A stretch of DNA of 63,595 nt, filler included, from Cladosporium halotolerans (taxonomy: Eukaryota), in assembly GCF_011745625.1 (NCBI RefSeq). It is 14 parts of 14 records of this genome, joined end to end, with 100 filler letters (N's around TTAATTAATTAA, not from the genome) between each part and the next. Parts side by side here need not be neighbours in the genome. Positions count along the whole stretch, not along the records: positions 32,585 to 37,029 come from NW_027191691.1; positions 37,130 to 41,561 come from NW_027191692.1; positions 41,662 to 46,028 come from NW_027191694.1; positions 46,129 to 50,483 come from NW_027191695.1; 10 more parts are not named here. One strand, written 5' to 3'. This document shows, in pieces, positions 36,047-48,037 of this stretch. Position 1 is the stretch's first letter. Every line of letters starts with the position of its first letter. The notes beneath the pieces were generated by a model. It was not told the DNA's origin and did not search any database. It was given only the letters and a program-made list of their open reading frames with translations. The translations under genes and the position numbers were made by a program.

Positions 36047-36745
36047 TCAGATGGAGCAGCTGCTGGGACTAGAACTGGAACTGCCCACGCTCTGGAAGTA
36101 GCGCTCCGCTCGCTTCTTGTTGAAGGCGTGCAGTGACGTGCAGCGACAGCGCGACGAGTCGTGCTGCAGCGCGTAGTCCCTCAGGGACACCACCAACCCG
36201 CGCAGCTCCAGCGCCTGCTGCCTCAGGCGCGCGTTGCGCGCGGAGCCCTCGTCGAACTCCTTCTGCAGCGCCTTGGCCTGCAGCTTCTGCTTCGCGCGAC
36301 ACTTGCTGGCCGCCGTGCGGTTCCTCGCCCGGCGGAACGCCACGCCTGGCGTCCCGGCGCCCTCGGGCTCCTCTGCGCCCTCGCCCTCGCCCTCGCCCTC
36401 GCGTGCCCCGGCTTGGCCCTGGCGCGCGCTGTCGCTGGCGGGCAAGGCTGCGGCCGCCTTCAGCTCCTGCGTCGCCGCCGGCATGGCGGAGTCGACGGGA
36501 CACAGCGTCTGCAGGCCCTCCGTACCGCCAGCACCAACGCCACTTGCGCTGATCAGACGCTCCGCCTCGCCAATGCCGCCTGCGCCCGCGCCCATCGCAA
36601 AGGATTGCTGCAACGCCTGCTCGCCCTCGTCGCTGCGCTGGCTGACGGTCGTGCTTTGCGATGAGTGGCGTGGCGTCGCCGCCAGCTCCTCCCAGCTTGG
36701 GAAGCTGTCCCAATGCTGCTGCTGCTGCTGCTGCTGCTCGCTCAT
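36047..36745 (-). CDS. bZIP transcription factor (ATF/CREB-like)
   Basis: Basic region FRRARNRTAASKCRAKQK, zipper L..N..L..L..L, C-terminal H...CRC..LH.FN; poly-Q N-terminus; intronless. Confidence 0.88.
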   Translation of the reverse strand: MSEQQQQQQQHWDSFPSWEELAATPRHSSQSTTVSQRSDEGEQALQQSFAMGAGAGGIGEAERLISASGVGAGGTEGLQTLCPVDSAMPAATQELKAAAALPASDSARQGQAGAREGEGEGEGAEEPEGAGTPGVAFRRARNRTAASKCRAKQKLQAKALQKEFDEGSARNARLRQQALELRGLVVSLRDYALQHDSSRCRCTSLHAFNKKRAERYFQSVGSSSSSPSSCSI

Positions 36746-36949
36746 CCACACTGCCTTTCGTCAGTCACGTCGTTCCCACGCGAGAGTTGGGCGCCTCGAA
36801 GGCTGCTGTTTGCTCACCCTGCTCAGGATTGCAGTACCAGTCGTTGGCTTGCTGGACGCCAAATGGAGCCGGCTCCGCGTGGAGGTAGTCGAAGGCTTGG
36901 TTGAACTCGAATGCCTGAGACATTTTCGTTCAGACTTCTGCACAACCAA

Positions 36950-37029
36950 GCACTGCTTGATGCTTGATCAAGCGCTTGATCAAGCAGTCAATCAATCAAA
37001 AGTTGCGCAGCCAATCAAGCAATCAAGCG
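36950..37029. repeat. 26-bp perfect palindrome and ATCAAGC/TCAA repeats at the contig end
   Basis: tgcttgatcaagcgcttgatcaagca at 36961-36986, followed by tcaatcaatcaa and caatcaagcaatcaagc. Confidence 0.85.
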
Positions 37030-37129
37030 NNNNNNNNNNNNNNNNNNNNNNNNNNNNNNNNNNNNNNNNNNNNTTAATTAATTAANNNNNNNNNNNNNNN
37101 NNNNNNNNNNNNNNNNNNNNNNNNNNNNN

Positions 37130-37828
37130 TCCAGACGACCGCGAGGCGTTGTTGGCAATCTGCAACATTTTACATGGACACCACGAAAGGGTGCCTCATG
37201 CTTTGACCCTAAACGTACTGAAAGAGATTGCTCAGTCCTGCAACAGACATCAGTTGACAGGAGTCCTCTCCACGTGGATTGAGAAGTGGCTGGATCGTGC
37301 GCTTTGCGATGCACGTGGAGATGAGTCGTACACCGTAGCAGCCATTGCCCTCGATCTTGGTGTCTCGTCGGCTCTCGACCGACATGCCTGTTGGCCTCCC
37401 GGAGGAACCGCTGGGAGAACGGAAGAGACTGTAGGTGGGTGTGAACAATCATCGAATGGTCTCTACATCACATACTCGTTGTCTAAGACTGACGTTCCCA
37501 TGCAGGTAGCTTCCAGTTGCAGAAAACACAAGTCATGCTCAAAGCTGTTGCAGCCCTCCGGAATTATTCCCTGGATGGGTATTATATTTCCCCCGAGTGT
37601 AGTGAAGGCCACCTTGGGCTTTGGAAGGCGGAATTTGAGCGTCGTGGGTTGTGGCCAATGGAATGGGCAGTTCAAAATTACACCTTGAGCGGCCTTCTGG
37701 AGGTCCTGGAGAATCTCAGCACACCTTCATCGATACACGGGTGTGGCTGCAGAGGTTTGAACCCCGAGCTTCCTCAGAATCTCCGTGATGCCGTTTGCAA
37801 GACGCTCGACCAATTTCATGCCGCTTGA
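37130..37828 (+). CDS. 3' part of a fungal BTB/POZ-type protein (5'-partial)
   Basis: PDDREALLAICNILHGHHERVP..LTL..LKEIA..C..HQL..VLSTW..KW; intron 37435-37505 joins to the 37517-37828 frame. Confidence 0.7.
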
Positions 37829-38104
37829 ACACCGAAAGGCATGTTGCTAGGCCCTCAGACAGCAACAAATGGATTCGGTGTCTCGGCGGGGCATACTTCG
37901 TCCGCATGTTTCGTCCGCATAGCGTAGGAACATCGTTTACCGACAGGTCTTGGTCGCAAGTTTAGAGCACACCACGGACGTGGGGTCAAGTATGCTGGGG
38001 CTGAGGCGAGCCCACGCTGGAACGGGACTACAGTCACATTATGTGACTCACACTCACTGTGCAGCAATGTATGAAAACCGAGACCTTTGTGCTGTAAATT
38101 TTTA

Positions 38105-38290
38105 GTCGATTGCGGAACCGGTGTCCAGAATTGCGATGTTATTGTTATAAGCTCTCCGCGCGGCAGCTTCCGCACATTGGCTCTAAGCCGCATGCAGATA
38201 AGCTCAAACTCGATCTGGCTTAGGGCTCGGCGAGCGGCATCTGCCGCGTGAGGATCAGCCAGAAAGAGAGCCGCTTTCACCAATATGCTC
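38105..38290 (-). pseudogene. Paralogous segment of the unknown gene at 24933-26252
   Basis: IEFELICMRLRANVRKLPRGELITITSQFWTPVPQ; the DNA aaccggtgtccagaattgcgatgttatt is shared with ~26040. Confidence 0.7.
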
Positions 38291-39551
38291 CTCGCGCTTC
38301 GAGCGCATGCGGTACGCATGTTACGCTCACGGCAACCGCCACATGCACTTGATTGAGCAAGTGGTGCAAGCACGGTGCTTGGCGGCCATGTGCGCATGAC
38401 CTGCGGAGCGCAGGCGAGTCGCAGGGATATTACAATAGCAACTGGTCTTGACATGCGCTAGCGATACATCTGGCTAATGCTGCGAAGTCGGCACCCTCTC
38501 GCACGCCAACTGTAGCTCTCGTGATACCAGATAACGTTACTGTACGGGCTTCAAGCTCTTCTACTGCTGCTGTCCAGCTCTGTCCCCATGGACAAGACTT
38601 TTTCTCTGTCCCAAATGCCAGATATCTGCGCTGTGCCCAAGGACAAATCTTTGCGTTGTCCACTGATCTGCCAGCGAGCCAGCTATCTTCTGCAGCGCCG
38701 AAAGTCCCTTTGAATGTCCGCGTTTCAAGGTCAAGATGTCGCCGTCGTCTCGGGACTCGGCCGCGGCGGACTTGCAAAGCAAGATGCTGACCGTGGGGTC
38801 TTGTTGACTGGCAAGAACGTCCTTCCTGCTCCCGGTACTGTAGGCCCCGCGGAAGATCTTCTCTGACCCAGGCACATCCGACAGATCGATTGAATCAGAG
38901 CGATCAGATGGCGATCTAGGGTGGTAGCGTCGACGGGCGCTGCGGGCAACAAGCCGAGCAACTCCCCCGCTCGTCGAAGGCGGCGCAAAATTCCCTCCGC
39001 ACAGCTTGGTCAGACAATTTGCCCAGATGAAAGTGAACGGCGGCTGGCGCACCACCAGTGCAAGAAGAGGGTGAGTGCTGGACTTTTAGATGCTGCTAGA
39101 GAGTGTAGGCGTGATGGGTGAGCAGACCCGTCGGTCCATTGTCCATCAGGGAGAGTCTGGTGCCGACGACTGGCCCAAACTTGACGAAGCAATGATCCAC
39201 GGTGAGAAAGCTTCCTCAACACCACCTTGGTAGGGAGGCCGGATTACGGTGAATCGGACTCGGAAGCTCAAGGGTGGCGAATCCATGCGAGCGGGCAAAG
39301 TGGAAGGAACCGTTGAATGCGAGGCTTCGGCATGCCCTGAGGCAAAACCATGCTCTGGAGTATGATGGCCTTGCAAAAGTGACGGTCATATGATGAAGAT
39401 GTGGAAAGGACCGTCGAAGGCTCCTGTTTGCCCTTGAGGCAACAGCATGCCCTGGGGCATGAATCACCAATGGCATGCTGAAGCCTCAGGGCATGCCGCC
39501 AGCCCTAAGAGCCTGTCACGCCATTCGTTCCTCCCTATCGACGGCATCTCC

Positions 39552-40089
39552 CCGTCGACAGGGAGGAACCGTCGACGAGAAGATGCCGTCGACCGGAAGG
39601 AACCGTCGACGGGGAGGAACCGTCGACGAGAAGATGCCGTCGACAGGAAGGAACCGTCGACGGGGAGATGCCGTCGACAGGAAGGAACCGTCGACAGGGA
39701 GGAACCGTCGACGGGGAGATGCCGTCGACAGGAAGGAACCGTCGACAGGGAGATGCCGTCGACAGGAAGGAACCGTCGACAGGGAGGAACCGTCGACGAG
39801 AAGATGCCGTCGACCGGAAGGAAACGTCGACAGGGAGGAACCGTCGACGAGAAGATGCCGTCGACCGGAAGGAACCGTCGACAGGGAGGAGCCGTCGACG
39901 GGGAGATGCCGTCGACAGGAAGGAACCGTCGACAGGAAGAAACCGTCGACAGGGAGGAACCGTCGACGGGGAGATGCCGTCGACAGGAAGGAACCGTCGA
40001 CAGGGAGGAACCGTCGACGAGAAGATGCCGTCGACCGGAAGGAACCGTCGACAGGAAGGAACCATCGACGGGGGAAAGATGCCGTCGAC
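39552..40089 (+). repeat. 17-bp minisatellite, 32 units: near-invariant CCGTCGAC core plus a 9-nt purine-rich variant
   Basis: Variants agggaggaa, gagaagatg, cggaaggaa, aggaaggaa and ggggagatg recur. Confidence 0.95.
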
Positions 40090-40215
40090 AGGAAGCAACG
40101 AATGGTGCGAAGAGCGTGACAGGCTCTCAGGCTGGCGGCATGCCCTGAGACCTCTGTGCTCTGAGGCAACAGCATGCCCTGGAGCATGAAGCACCAATTG
40201 CGGTACAGGGCATCT

Positions 40216-40373
40216 GAAGCCTCAGGGCATGCCGAGGCCTCAGGGCATGCCGAAGCCTCAGGGCATGCCGAAGCCTCAGGGCATGCTGAAGCCTCAGGGC
40301 ATGCTGAAGCCTCAGGGCATGCTGAAGCCTCAGGGCATGCTGAAGCCTCAGGGCATGCTGAAGCCTCAGGGCA
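40216..40373 (+). repeat. 18-bp tandem repeat gaagcctcagggcatgc(c/t) x~8.8
   Basis: Direct reading. Confidence 0.95.
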
Positions 40374-41295
40374 ACAAGGAGCCTTTAACGGTCCCTTCCA
40401 CATCTTGATCACAAGACCGTCACTTTTGCAAGGCCATCAATTGTCCACATGGGTGGACGAGCAGGCTGCAATCAGGAGAACCTACACACGGCGTCAAGAT
40501 GCGTATGGGCGTCTGGCGGTGGAAATTCAACAGATCCTGTAAGTAGAGCAGTGCACACCACCCTGCATATGATGGTTGTCATTTTGGTCATGTCCATCAC
40601 ACGTTGAGGTCCTCACCAAAAGCTGATAGGCCACATCTCGCAAAGTGCTACTGCACAGTACATACGATGCGATCTCCTTTTCGTCTCTTGCCATGAAGTT
40701 CGAATGCGTCATTTTCGCAAACTCCGCGTAGGTACAGTACTGTACACCAGCCGGGAACAGCTCTTTCATTGTTCCACAAATCGCGGGTGTCCGCAGTAAT
40801 CGTTTTGTCCTAGCCAAGAGACCAATCATTTCCTACGCCGGCTCTGGCTGGACTCCGGCCAGCCGCCAGGGAGGGAAATCCAACTCGGAGCGCTCCTCGC
40901 CGCATACCCTCTGCGGCATACTTCCCGTGACAAGCTCCTCTGGCATTCTGCTCACAGCAGCAAGCCCGACCCAACTGTTGTGCCAAGTCTTGGGTGATCA
41001 CGGTTTCTTGCCGCTTGCTTGCATTACCTTCGCAAAACTCGTCGAAGTCGGTCTCTAAGTCTGATGTCAAATATGCCGAGTATGCAAGATTCAACCGGAA
41101 TATTGTCGAAAGAGAACACCATCGCTTGGCGCTGTGACTCTCGGTCTCCCCATGTGTACGTGACGCCAGAGAATCTGCCAAGCGATTCAGGCTGACGGTC
41201 AGCATGAAACGCTTGGCATTGCGGCCTTCGATCCATCTGTCCGCACGTGACGACTTGAAAGACAAGGAACGCTCTTTGCCACCGCCAAATGTGTG

Positions 41296-41561
41296 AACTT
41301 ACACAGACGGCAGTTGCATCGGTGGCCATGTTGGCACAGCGGCAGTATACCCTGAGAAGGGAAGAATAAGAGATGCATACATGGGGACAAACGCAACGTT
41401 AACAGTCTACGCTGCGGAGCTGCGGGGCATTAACCTCGCATTAACGATGGCGAAAGAAGAAAGTCGACGCAGGTGCGGTACAGCGGTGTATCAATGTCTT
41501 CGCCGACAATCAGGCCGCGATTCGTTCCCTGACCAGGCCAGAAGGGAGGTCTGGGTCGTAC
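41296..41561 (+). mobile_element. LINE RNase H domain relic
   Basis: [17 protein letters not shown]...[14 protein letters not shown]...(frameshift) [21 protein letters not shown]. Confidence 0.85.
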
Positions 41562-41661
41562 NNNNNNNNNNNNNNNNNNNNNNNNNNNNNNNNNNNNNNN
41601 NNNNNTTAATTAATTAANNNNNNNNNNNNNNNNNNNNNNNNNNNNNNNNNNNNNNNNNNNN

Positions 41662-41928
41662 CCAGTACCACCCAAGTAGTGAGCCGTGCACAAGCCACGT
41701 CACCACGCCGAGATCTGCGACAGTAGAGAGATATGCCTTCATAAGGTAAGATTGGGCTTCATGCAATTTGCTGGGTGGTAGCGACTGTCTACTGAATCGC
41801 AGGTCGTACTGGGCTGGGGGAGTGGACGCGTAAAAAGAACCTCGAAAGGTGCTGTGTGCGCGCGTATCGATCGCAGCGGAAGAGCCCAACGTAGCCCAAA
41901 GCATTACTGAAATCGTGAGGCAGCGCAT
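41662..41928 (-). CDS. LicD/MNN4-family phosphoryl-ligand transferase, 3'-partial
   Basis: Signal peptide, then YDLRF...YLST..DLGVVTWLVHGSLLGWYW. Confidence 0.85.
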
Positions 41929-42964
41929 GCTGTGGTAAGTGAATTGCTGGGGCTCAGATGGGCTTTCGTGTGTCGGTCACCAAGAAATAAAGTGGAGGCC
42001 CGAATCACATGGAGTGAGATTCATCAAGATCCGCAGACTCAGCGCCCGATCTTCAGATGCAATTTGCTGTGCGCTGCGCACTACAGTATAATTCTGACGG
42101 AAGAAGCGGAGGCAAAAATTGCCCCCCGGAAAGGCTGAGAGAAAGAAGGGGGCTTTCCCCCGATCTAGATGCGTCCACCTCGACCAAGCAAGTGTGCCTT
42201 GCCGGAGCGCCAGCTCAAGACAACATGATTTTTCTCCGAAAGGTACATACAGCGCAGTACAGCACTGTTCCACCATATACGGCGGTCGAACTTTCGCATA
42301 CCTTACTTCTCAGCCGTCGGCCCGCACGGACCTCCATGCACTCATGATGTTGTATGTTTACATATCTCTCCGCCAACCGCCAGTACTTGCGTGCCTGGAC
42401 TTGCCTGTCACGGCCAAACAGCGTTCCTCTCTTTGGGCCCGTCGCACGAGAAGGGAGTTGAGGGAGCTCGCCCAACAAATGCTTTGCCAAAAGCTGATGC
42501 TGCCACAAAAAGCCGGCATCCCAAGCACCATTCAGCAACCTGCTCAGGAGGTTGGCATTCTGAGCTTGGGGCAAGGTGAAGGGAATCACAATTGTAAGCA
42601 ATGACTAGAGCAAGCACAGCAGCCGAATGGCTCGACTGATACTCACCAATGAGCCACGATCCATGCGCATTCGAAATGCCACCAACGTACGCACAAGTTC
42701 CGTCGGAAACGACAATGCGAGCGCCGGCATGACACTCATTGAACCTTTCCTCGCCTTCTCCATGATTCGATCTTGGGATCTTGCCACAAAGAAATTTTTT
42801 TCAAGACTCATCTCATTGCCTAGCTGTTGTATGTAAAGTCGACCCCATTTCCAACGACCATTGTCGATCTATTTTCTGTTTTCGGCAGCTATTGTGGCCC
42901 GCGTCTCAGCTCGATCTTCGGAAATGACTTTGTTCTGAAGCCTCACCAGCAAGTCAACAATCAA

Positions 42965-43747
42965 TCACGGACATCTAGCTCCGAGGCCAGGAGGCATCCA
43001 CTCTTGCCTGACCACGTCGAATCGATGACCCGCAAAGACGGCCGTCTCTAGTGCTGAAACGCCGTACTCCTGCGCCAGAACCGTCGCAAATGCGGAGGGA
43101 ACTTTCGCCGCAACACCTTCAAATGTGGTGTCTGCGAGGGGGAATATGTCGCTCGTCGAATATCGATGCCCGTCCTTGCACATCACCACTGCCTTTACGC
43201 CCTTCTCTCTTTCAGCATGGTCATCGTAGCGAAGCGTGGTGGTGTCAATGTAGAGCCCCGACGACATATCCAACCAACGAGCATCGATCTTGTTATCAAC
43301 ATCGTCAAAGCTGGTATTGGTCCAGTTTGGGTTGATCTCGAGCAGATAGTCGCGAGCAACACCAGATCCGGGGAGTTCGAAACGGTGCAATGTCATGTTG
43401 TAATAGCTGGAGATGTGCTGCATGCTTTTCTCCGTAATTTGAACGTCCAGATCCAGGTCCCAAGGTAAGATCTTGCGGTTCCAGTACCACCCGAGCAAAG
43501 AGCCGTGCATGAGCCATGTTTCGGCGCCGATATCGTTCATTGTGTACAGAAAGAAGGTAATCAGACAAGAGAGACGCGAGCGCCGTTCACCATTGGACAG
43601 TGGGCCTCTGTCGAAACGATCGTCGGAATGACTGCGGGCGGGCGACTCGTGGAAGTACTTCTGAGGTACGCCGTCACCGCTTGCATCAGACACGGCTGCA
43701 AGCCTTGCGGCGAACCAGAACAGAACCGACACCCTTAGACACCACAT
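42965..43747 (-). CDS. LicD/MNN4-family phosphoryl-ligand transferase
   Basis: Signal peptide, KYFHE, ETWLMHGSLLGWYWNRKILPWDLDLDVQ, YLLEINP, NKIDARWLD..GLYID, CKDGH, IFPL..T.FEG, EYG. Confidence 0.92.
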   Translation of the reverse strand: MWCLRVSVLFWFAARLAAVSDASGDGVPQKYFHESPARSHSDDRFDRGPLSNGERRSRLSCLITFFLYTMNDIGAETWLMHGSLLGWYWNRKILPWDLDLDVQITEKSMQHISSYYNMTLHRFELPGSGVARDYLLEINPNWTNTSFDDVDNKIDARWLDMSSGLYIDTTTLRYDDHAEREKGVKAVVMCKDGHRYSTSDIFPLADTTFEGVAAKVPSAFATVLAQEYGVSALETAVFAGHRFDVVRQEWMPPGLGARCP

Positions 43748-44058
43748 TGTGCGATGAACGAGTGGGCGCATTCAGCTCGGCTCGACGTGGTGAGGTTATA
43801 GTGTCGGCTGTGGAAAAGTAGAATCAAATGCAACACTACAGTAAGCGGTCTAGCCACCATTTGCAACAAGAGATCTTGGGGTTCGGTATGACTGGGGCTG
43901 CCGAGATATATAAATGCATGATGGGATACAGTAGGGAATTGGGCAGGACTGGCCATCCCTTGAACAGACAGAGCAGGTAAGAGAATCCCTGCCAGCAGGC
44001 GCTCGGTAGACATGTGGATCAATCATTCGCATGCTTACGTGGGGGGATGGTGTGCAGC

Positions 44059-45442
44059 TCATGGCAGACCGTGACCTTCTTGTCGCGGAGCGGCGTGCAA
44101 GTGTGCTTTTCGTGACTTGGCGCAATCTTCACACTTTGTGCTCCTACTGCAATCCCATGTCTGAGAGTGGGAGACCCCTTGCTGCGCAACACCATCTCGC
44201 CAAATTTGTGGGATCTCCACGGAAGAATATGCACGTTGAGTCCGGTGATCAAAGTCTTCAATTTCTGCAATCGAGCCGAAATAACGACAGACAACCGTGT
44301 TCTGGTGGTCGCGTAGGATGGAAAGTGCAAGAGCCAAGGCCGCCTCCTAGACGGTCGAGCGCATCACGCGCTGGTACAGTACTGGCGTGTATTGATGGTG
44401 ATCCACCTTCTCTCGCGACCATGTGCATCGTTTCTATTGCCTGACTCCTGCTCATCCTCGATGTCGATTTGGATGCGCGAGCCTGCCGGTGCAGTTTGCC
44501 TGCTACCATGCAGTGGCGCAAGATTTTCGTGCCGTGCATTCAAGAGATGGGACGTCGCAGAGTGCGTTTTGGAGAGAAGGCGGTGAACCTCTGGCGTCCG
44601 GGGCGCCCGGATGCTGGAAGAAGACGCTGCGTCGATAAGCAGCGGATCGCAGCCCGCTCGGCAGGTTACGTGTCTTTCGACAACCCGTCTGCGCTATGAA
44701 CTGGTATTGGAGATACGTTCGAGCGTGCTGGTGCTCGGACACAATGTGAGATAACGCGACAACATGCAGACGACATTGGGGGAGAATGTCAGGCATATGA
44801 AGTAGACTGCAAGAGGGTCAATGTAGGCCGCCCAAGCGCGAGCTCCGACGCCAGAGCGCAAGATGGCGATGCACGCAATCTTCAAGAAGGCCAATAATGT
44901 GAACAAGCTTTGTGCACCATGTCAGCAGTGGTTGGTACTGCGATCAAAGGTTTCTCCACGAGCATACACTCACCATCTGATCGCTGCGAGTTCCTTCTGT
45001 TCGCCGAGACTCCGCCAGAGCAAAACCACAGAGCAGCATGCAGCCGTCAACTGCACCAGCAGCCATATAATATGCAGGCACACTCGAGCATTCTTCCCAA
45101 AATAGTGAGAGTCTAGAAGTATTGGGAGACCCGCAAGAAGTGAAGCGTAAAACGCCGTTCTTGTGCTGCGAAACTGTCGTAAGCTTTCCTGACAGGACGA
45201 ACGAGATGTTGCGGCCAGTGCACAGTGCCAACTCACAATCCGTTGTGTTCAGATCCTCGCAGCCGGCACGTGTACCACACGAGCAGCGCGACGCAAGAAT
45301 AGATTGTTACAGCTAGGCCGTGCAAGCTGGCGAGAATGGTCTCGACGATGAAAGACGTTGCCCCAGGCTGAGATGACGAGGAGTTGATCAGTGGCTTTAT
45401 AAAGCTCGTCGTGTCAAGGAGGTGGAACGAAAATGGGGCCAT
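44059..45442 (-). pseudogene. Multi-exon multi-pass membrane protein, probably degraded
   Basis: Successive hydrophobic segments in ORFs 45233-45442, 44970-45236 and 44694-44906, separated by GTGAGT donors; internal TAG near 44350 (RSTV*EAALALALSIL). Confidence 0.4.
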
Positions 45443-47658
45443 TGACGCGTCTCTTTCTCATGTGTAGAACAAATCTTGAGCCGATGTGTTTCGGAAGGGG
45501 CCAAAACAGAGGACTTGCTTCCGTACGCGTATAGACCATTCGGACGAGGGTGACAAGTAGATCTGTCAGCATCCAGCGAAATACGTGCCATCAGCCAAGC
45601 CTTGAAGACTGGCCGAGTTGCCATCTTATCGGCAGCACCAGGTGCTGCAGCGACACCGTGCTCGTTGCAAGCACTGTGACATGGTCGAGAAGCAGAAGAA
45701 AGGTCTCTACTGTAGGGTCCAGGCTGCTCGCCTGGGATCCTACGGCCTGCCAGGGCACGCCAGGGCACGCGGTGACCACCGCGCGCCAGTCGGACGTTCG
45801 TTCCCCGGCGGCTGGGGAAGCCGCCGTCCGCTCGTCTGACTCGAGCTCACCTTGGCGGAGATCTAAGGTGCTTAAGCGGAATGATGCAATATAGGCCACA
45901 ACGTGCGCGGGCCAGTTGCCCACCTTCCCCGCAACGGCCCCGACATCAATGGCATGTCCTCGATCGATTTCTGTCACGCCACGATCGAATCTGGAGCACT
46001 TGTCGCTCCGTGCACGCACGTTGCCAAANNNNNNNNNNNNNNNNNNNNNNNNNNNNNNNNNNNNNNNNNNNNTTAATTAATTAANNNNNNNNNNNNNNNN
46101 NNNNNNNNNNNNNNNNNNNNNNNNNNNNGACGACCTACGAGAAGATCCCCGTGGCATGGTTGATTTGGCTCTGCAGGTGGGCGCTCGTTCTGCAACATCC
46201 AGACGAGCTCGATGCAATCGGAAGCCAAGGCGGCCGTGATGGTGGGTGGCATCAAGCCATAGCGGCCGTGATGGATGGTGGCATCGAGCCATGGAACGCG
46301 TGGCATCTGTCGCCTTTGCCAAAGTTCCGGCGGGTGGCCAAAATGGCCGGGATCAGAAGTCAGGTCAAGCCGCAGATCGCGTTGCACCCCATATATTTGG
46401 TAAGTGCCGCCTCAGGACCAGCCCTGCCATTGCGGAAGGTAACGTTATCACCAAAACTTGGACACCTTAATATTGTTGTTTGGAGCCAGGGACCAGCGCC
46501 ATGCGGTGCCTGCTAAGATTAAACAGGACTCCGCTGGTGGGCGAAGCCTGGCACTGCCTGTTGGCTGGCGATCCAGGGAAAGGCTTCAGCGCCACGCGAC
46601 TGCTGCCAGCCCTCCCATCAAAGGGCCGTCCTCGCCGTCTTGACGAGCTTGGACCTGCCTCCTTGTCAATGGTGGAATACTGCACCGTGGAGGTTTGATG
46701 GGGCAAGACGAGGGTGCCAAGGCTCCAGATCGCCGTCTTTTGGTGGCTGCTCTGATCATGCCGACTAGGGCCAACGATCAAATGCAGGTGCCGCGCGTCC
46801 ACGCTCCATTGCTCTACCGGGGTTTCTCCACCATCACAAGTCTTTCAGGTACTGTACTGTAGACGGGCCTGACTTCCCTAAATTGCACTCCGGCGTCGAG
46901 CTGTGTCGGGGCAGACGGCCCTGAAGCTTCAGGGCGGGCAACTCCGCCTTTGTCTGGCGGATTTGCTGCACTTTGGCGAGACTGATCCATTTCACGTGAT
47001 TCGTGTTGCAAATTTACCTTCGCCTCTCTATTGGTGACCGTGGTCGAGTACACACCGCGCACACAAAGGCATTTGTCGGCGTGGGCGCTTCCACGTCTTG
47101 CTGCGCCTGCAAGCTGGACGATGACCACCTAACGCGATGCAGGATATTCAGGAGCATTCACCCGCTGAAATCCTGTACAGTGCTGTACTTTGGCTCTCCA
47201 CGTACCGATTGCGAAACCTCGGTCCAGCGACAGCAACGGATATTGAGAGGATACCATGAGCAACCAAGTGATACAGTAAGTATGGTCCGAAAAGAGAATC
47301 AACTCATTTAGCAGCCTTGTCCGGTGACCTAAACTTTGAAATTGGTGTTCCAACCTCGAGACGTCTCAATCGTTCAACGAGCATAGCGGTATGTTTACGA
47401 CCATGGGTAACGCACGAATTCTCTGTTGTCTCCACCAATTGATATTGAGACGACTATCCTGCCACCGGCACGACATTTTTCAAGCGGACAGACTTGTCGT
47501 GCTGTATCCGTAACGGTTCATGGAACGCAGGCATTGCGGAGATCTCAGGCTCTTGACTTGTTTGTAGGCTTCAGGTTGAGACAAAGAGATAGATCGAGTT
47601 GGAGCAATGGTCCGTCAAGCCGGAGGATTCAATGACCAAGCAACTCTTCGCAGGAGGC

Positions 47659-48037
47659 TTAGGCAAACTTCTCTGTCTTCAGTGGCCTACGCAAGGATGA
47701 TATTCAGCGCGGAGTCCTGTATCATGCGGAGTTACAACGTGACTTACGGATCGCGTACGCATTGAGTACACCTTTTGTGCTCGCATTCGGGGCATACTTC
47801 GTTTTGCACAAGACTCGCCCTGCACCGTTCGCACGCCCACCGCACTCTTTGGCGAGTCTGTTTCTCGACTCTCCGCAAGGTTGGGCACTCCGGGAGGCTT
47901 TGTTCGTTTCTGTGATCAACCAAGGATAACAGCAGGTGCGTTCTTTCGTTAGGAATTGTTGCACTGCCAGTATGATCGCTTCGTTCCATTCGGGCCGGGG
48001 CGGATTCCCGACGTGGAGGGTTCGTAATCATGGCCAT
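47659..48037 (-). CDS. Small Cys-rich zinc-finger-like protein or fragment
   Basis: RQRVRWACERC...CPECEHKRCTQCVRDP/PLKTEKFA* using intron 47687-47747. Confidence 0.5.

Larger units (their letters stand above)
39363..40439. mobile_element. Non-coding foldback/MITE-like element with 72-bp outer inverted repeats, inner inverted repeats and internal minisatellites
   Basis: Outer arms 39363-39434 and 40368-40439 (64/72 identical, outermost 25 bp perfect); inner arms 39485-39559 and 40064-40149. No target-site duplication seen. Confidence 0.65.

Noticed and set aside
39552..40089. CRISPR-like repeat/spacer appearance
   Set aside because: The core is only 8 bp, the 9-nt linkers are a few recurring variants, there are no cas genes, and the context is eukaryotic.
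39447..40542. Long ORFs on both strands over the arrays (EPSTGR.., EASGHA.., CPEASA..)
   Set aside because: They are by-products of stop-free tandem repeats, open in most frames.
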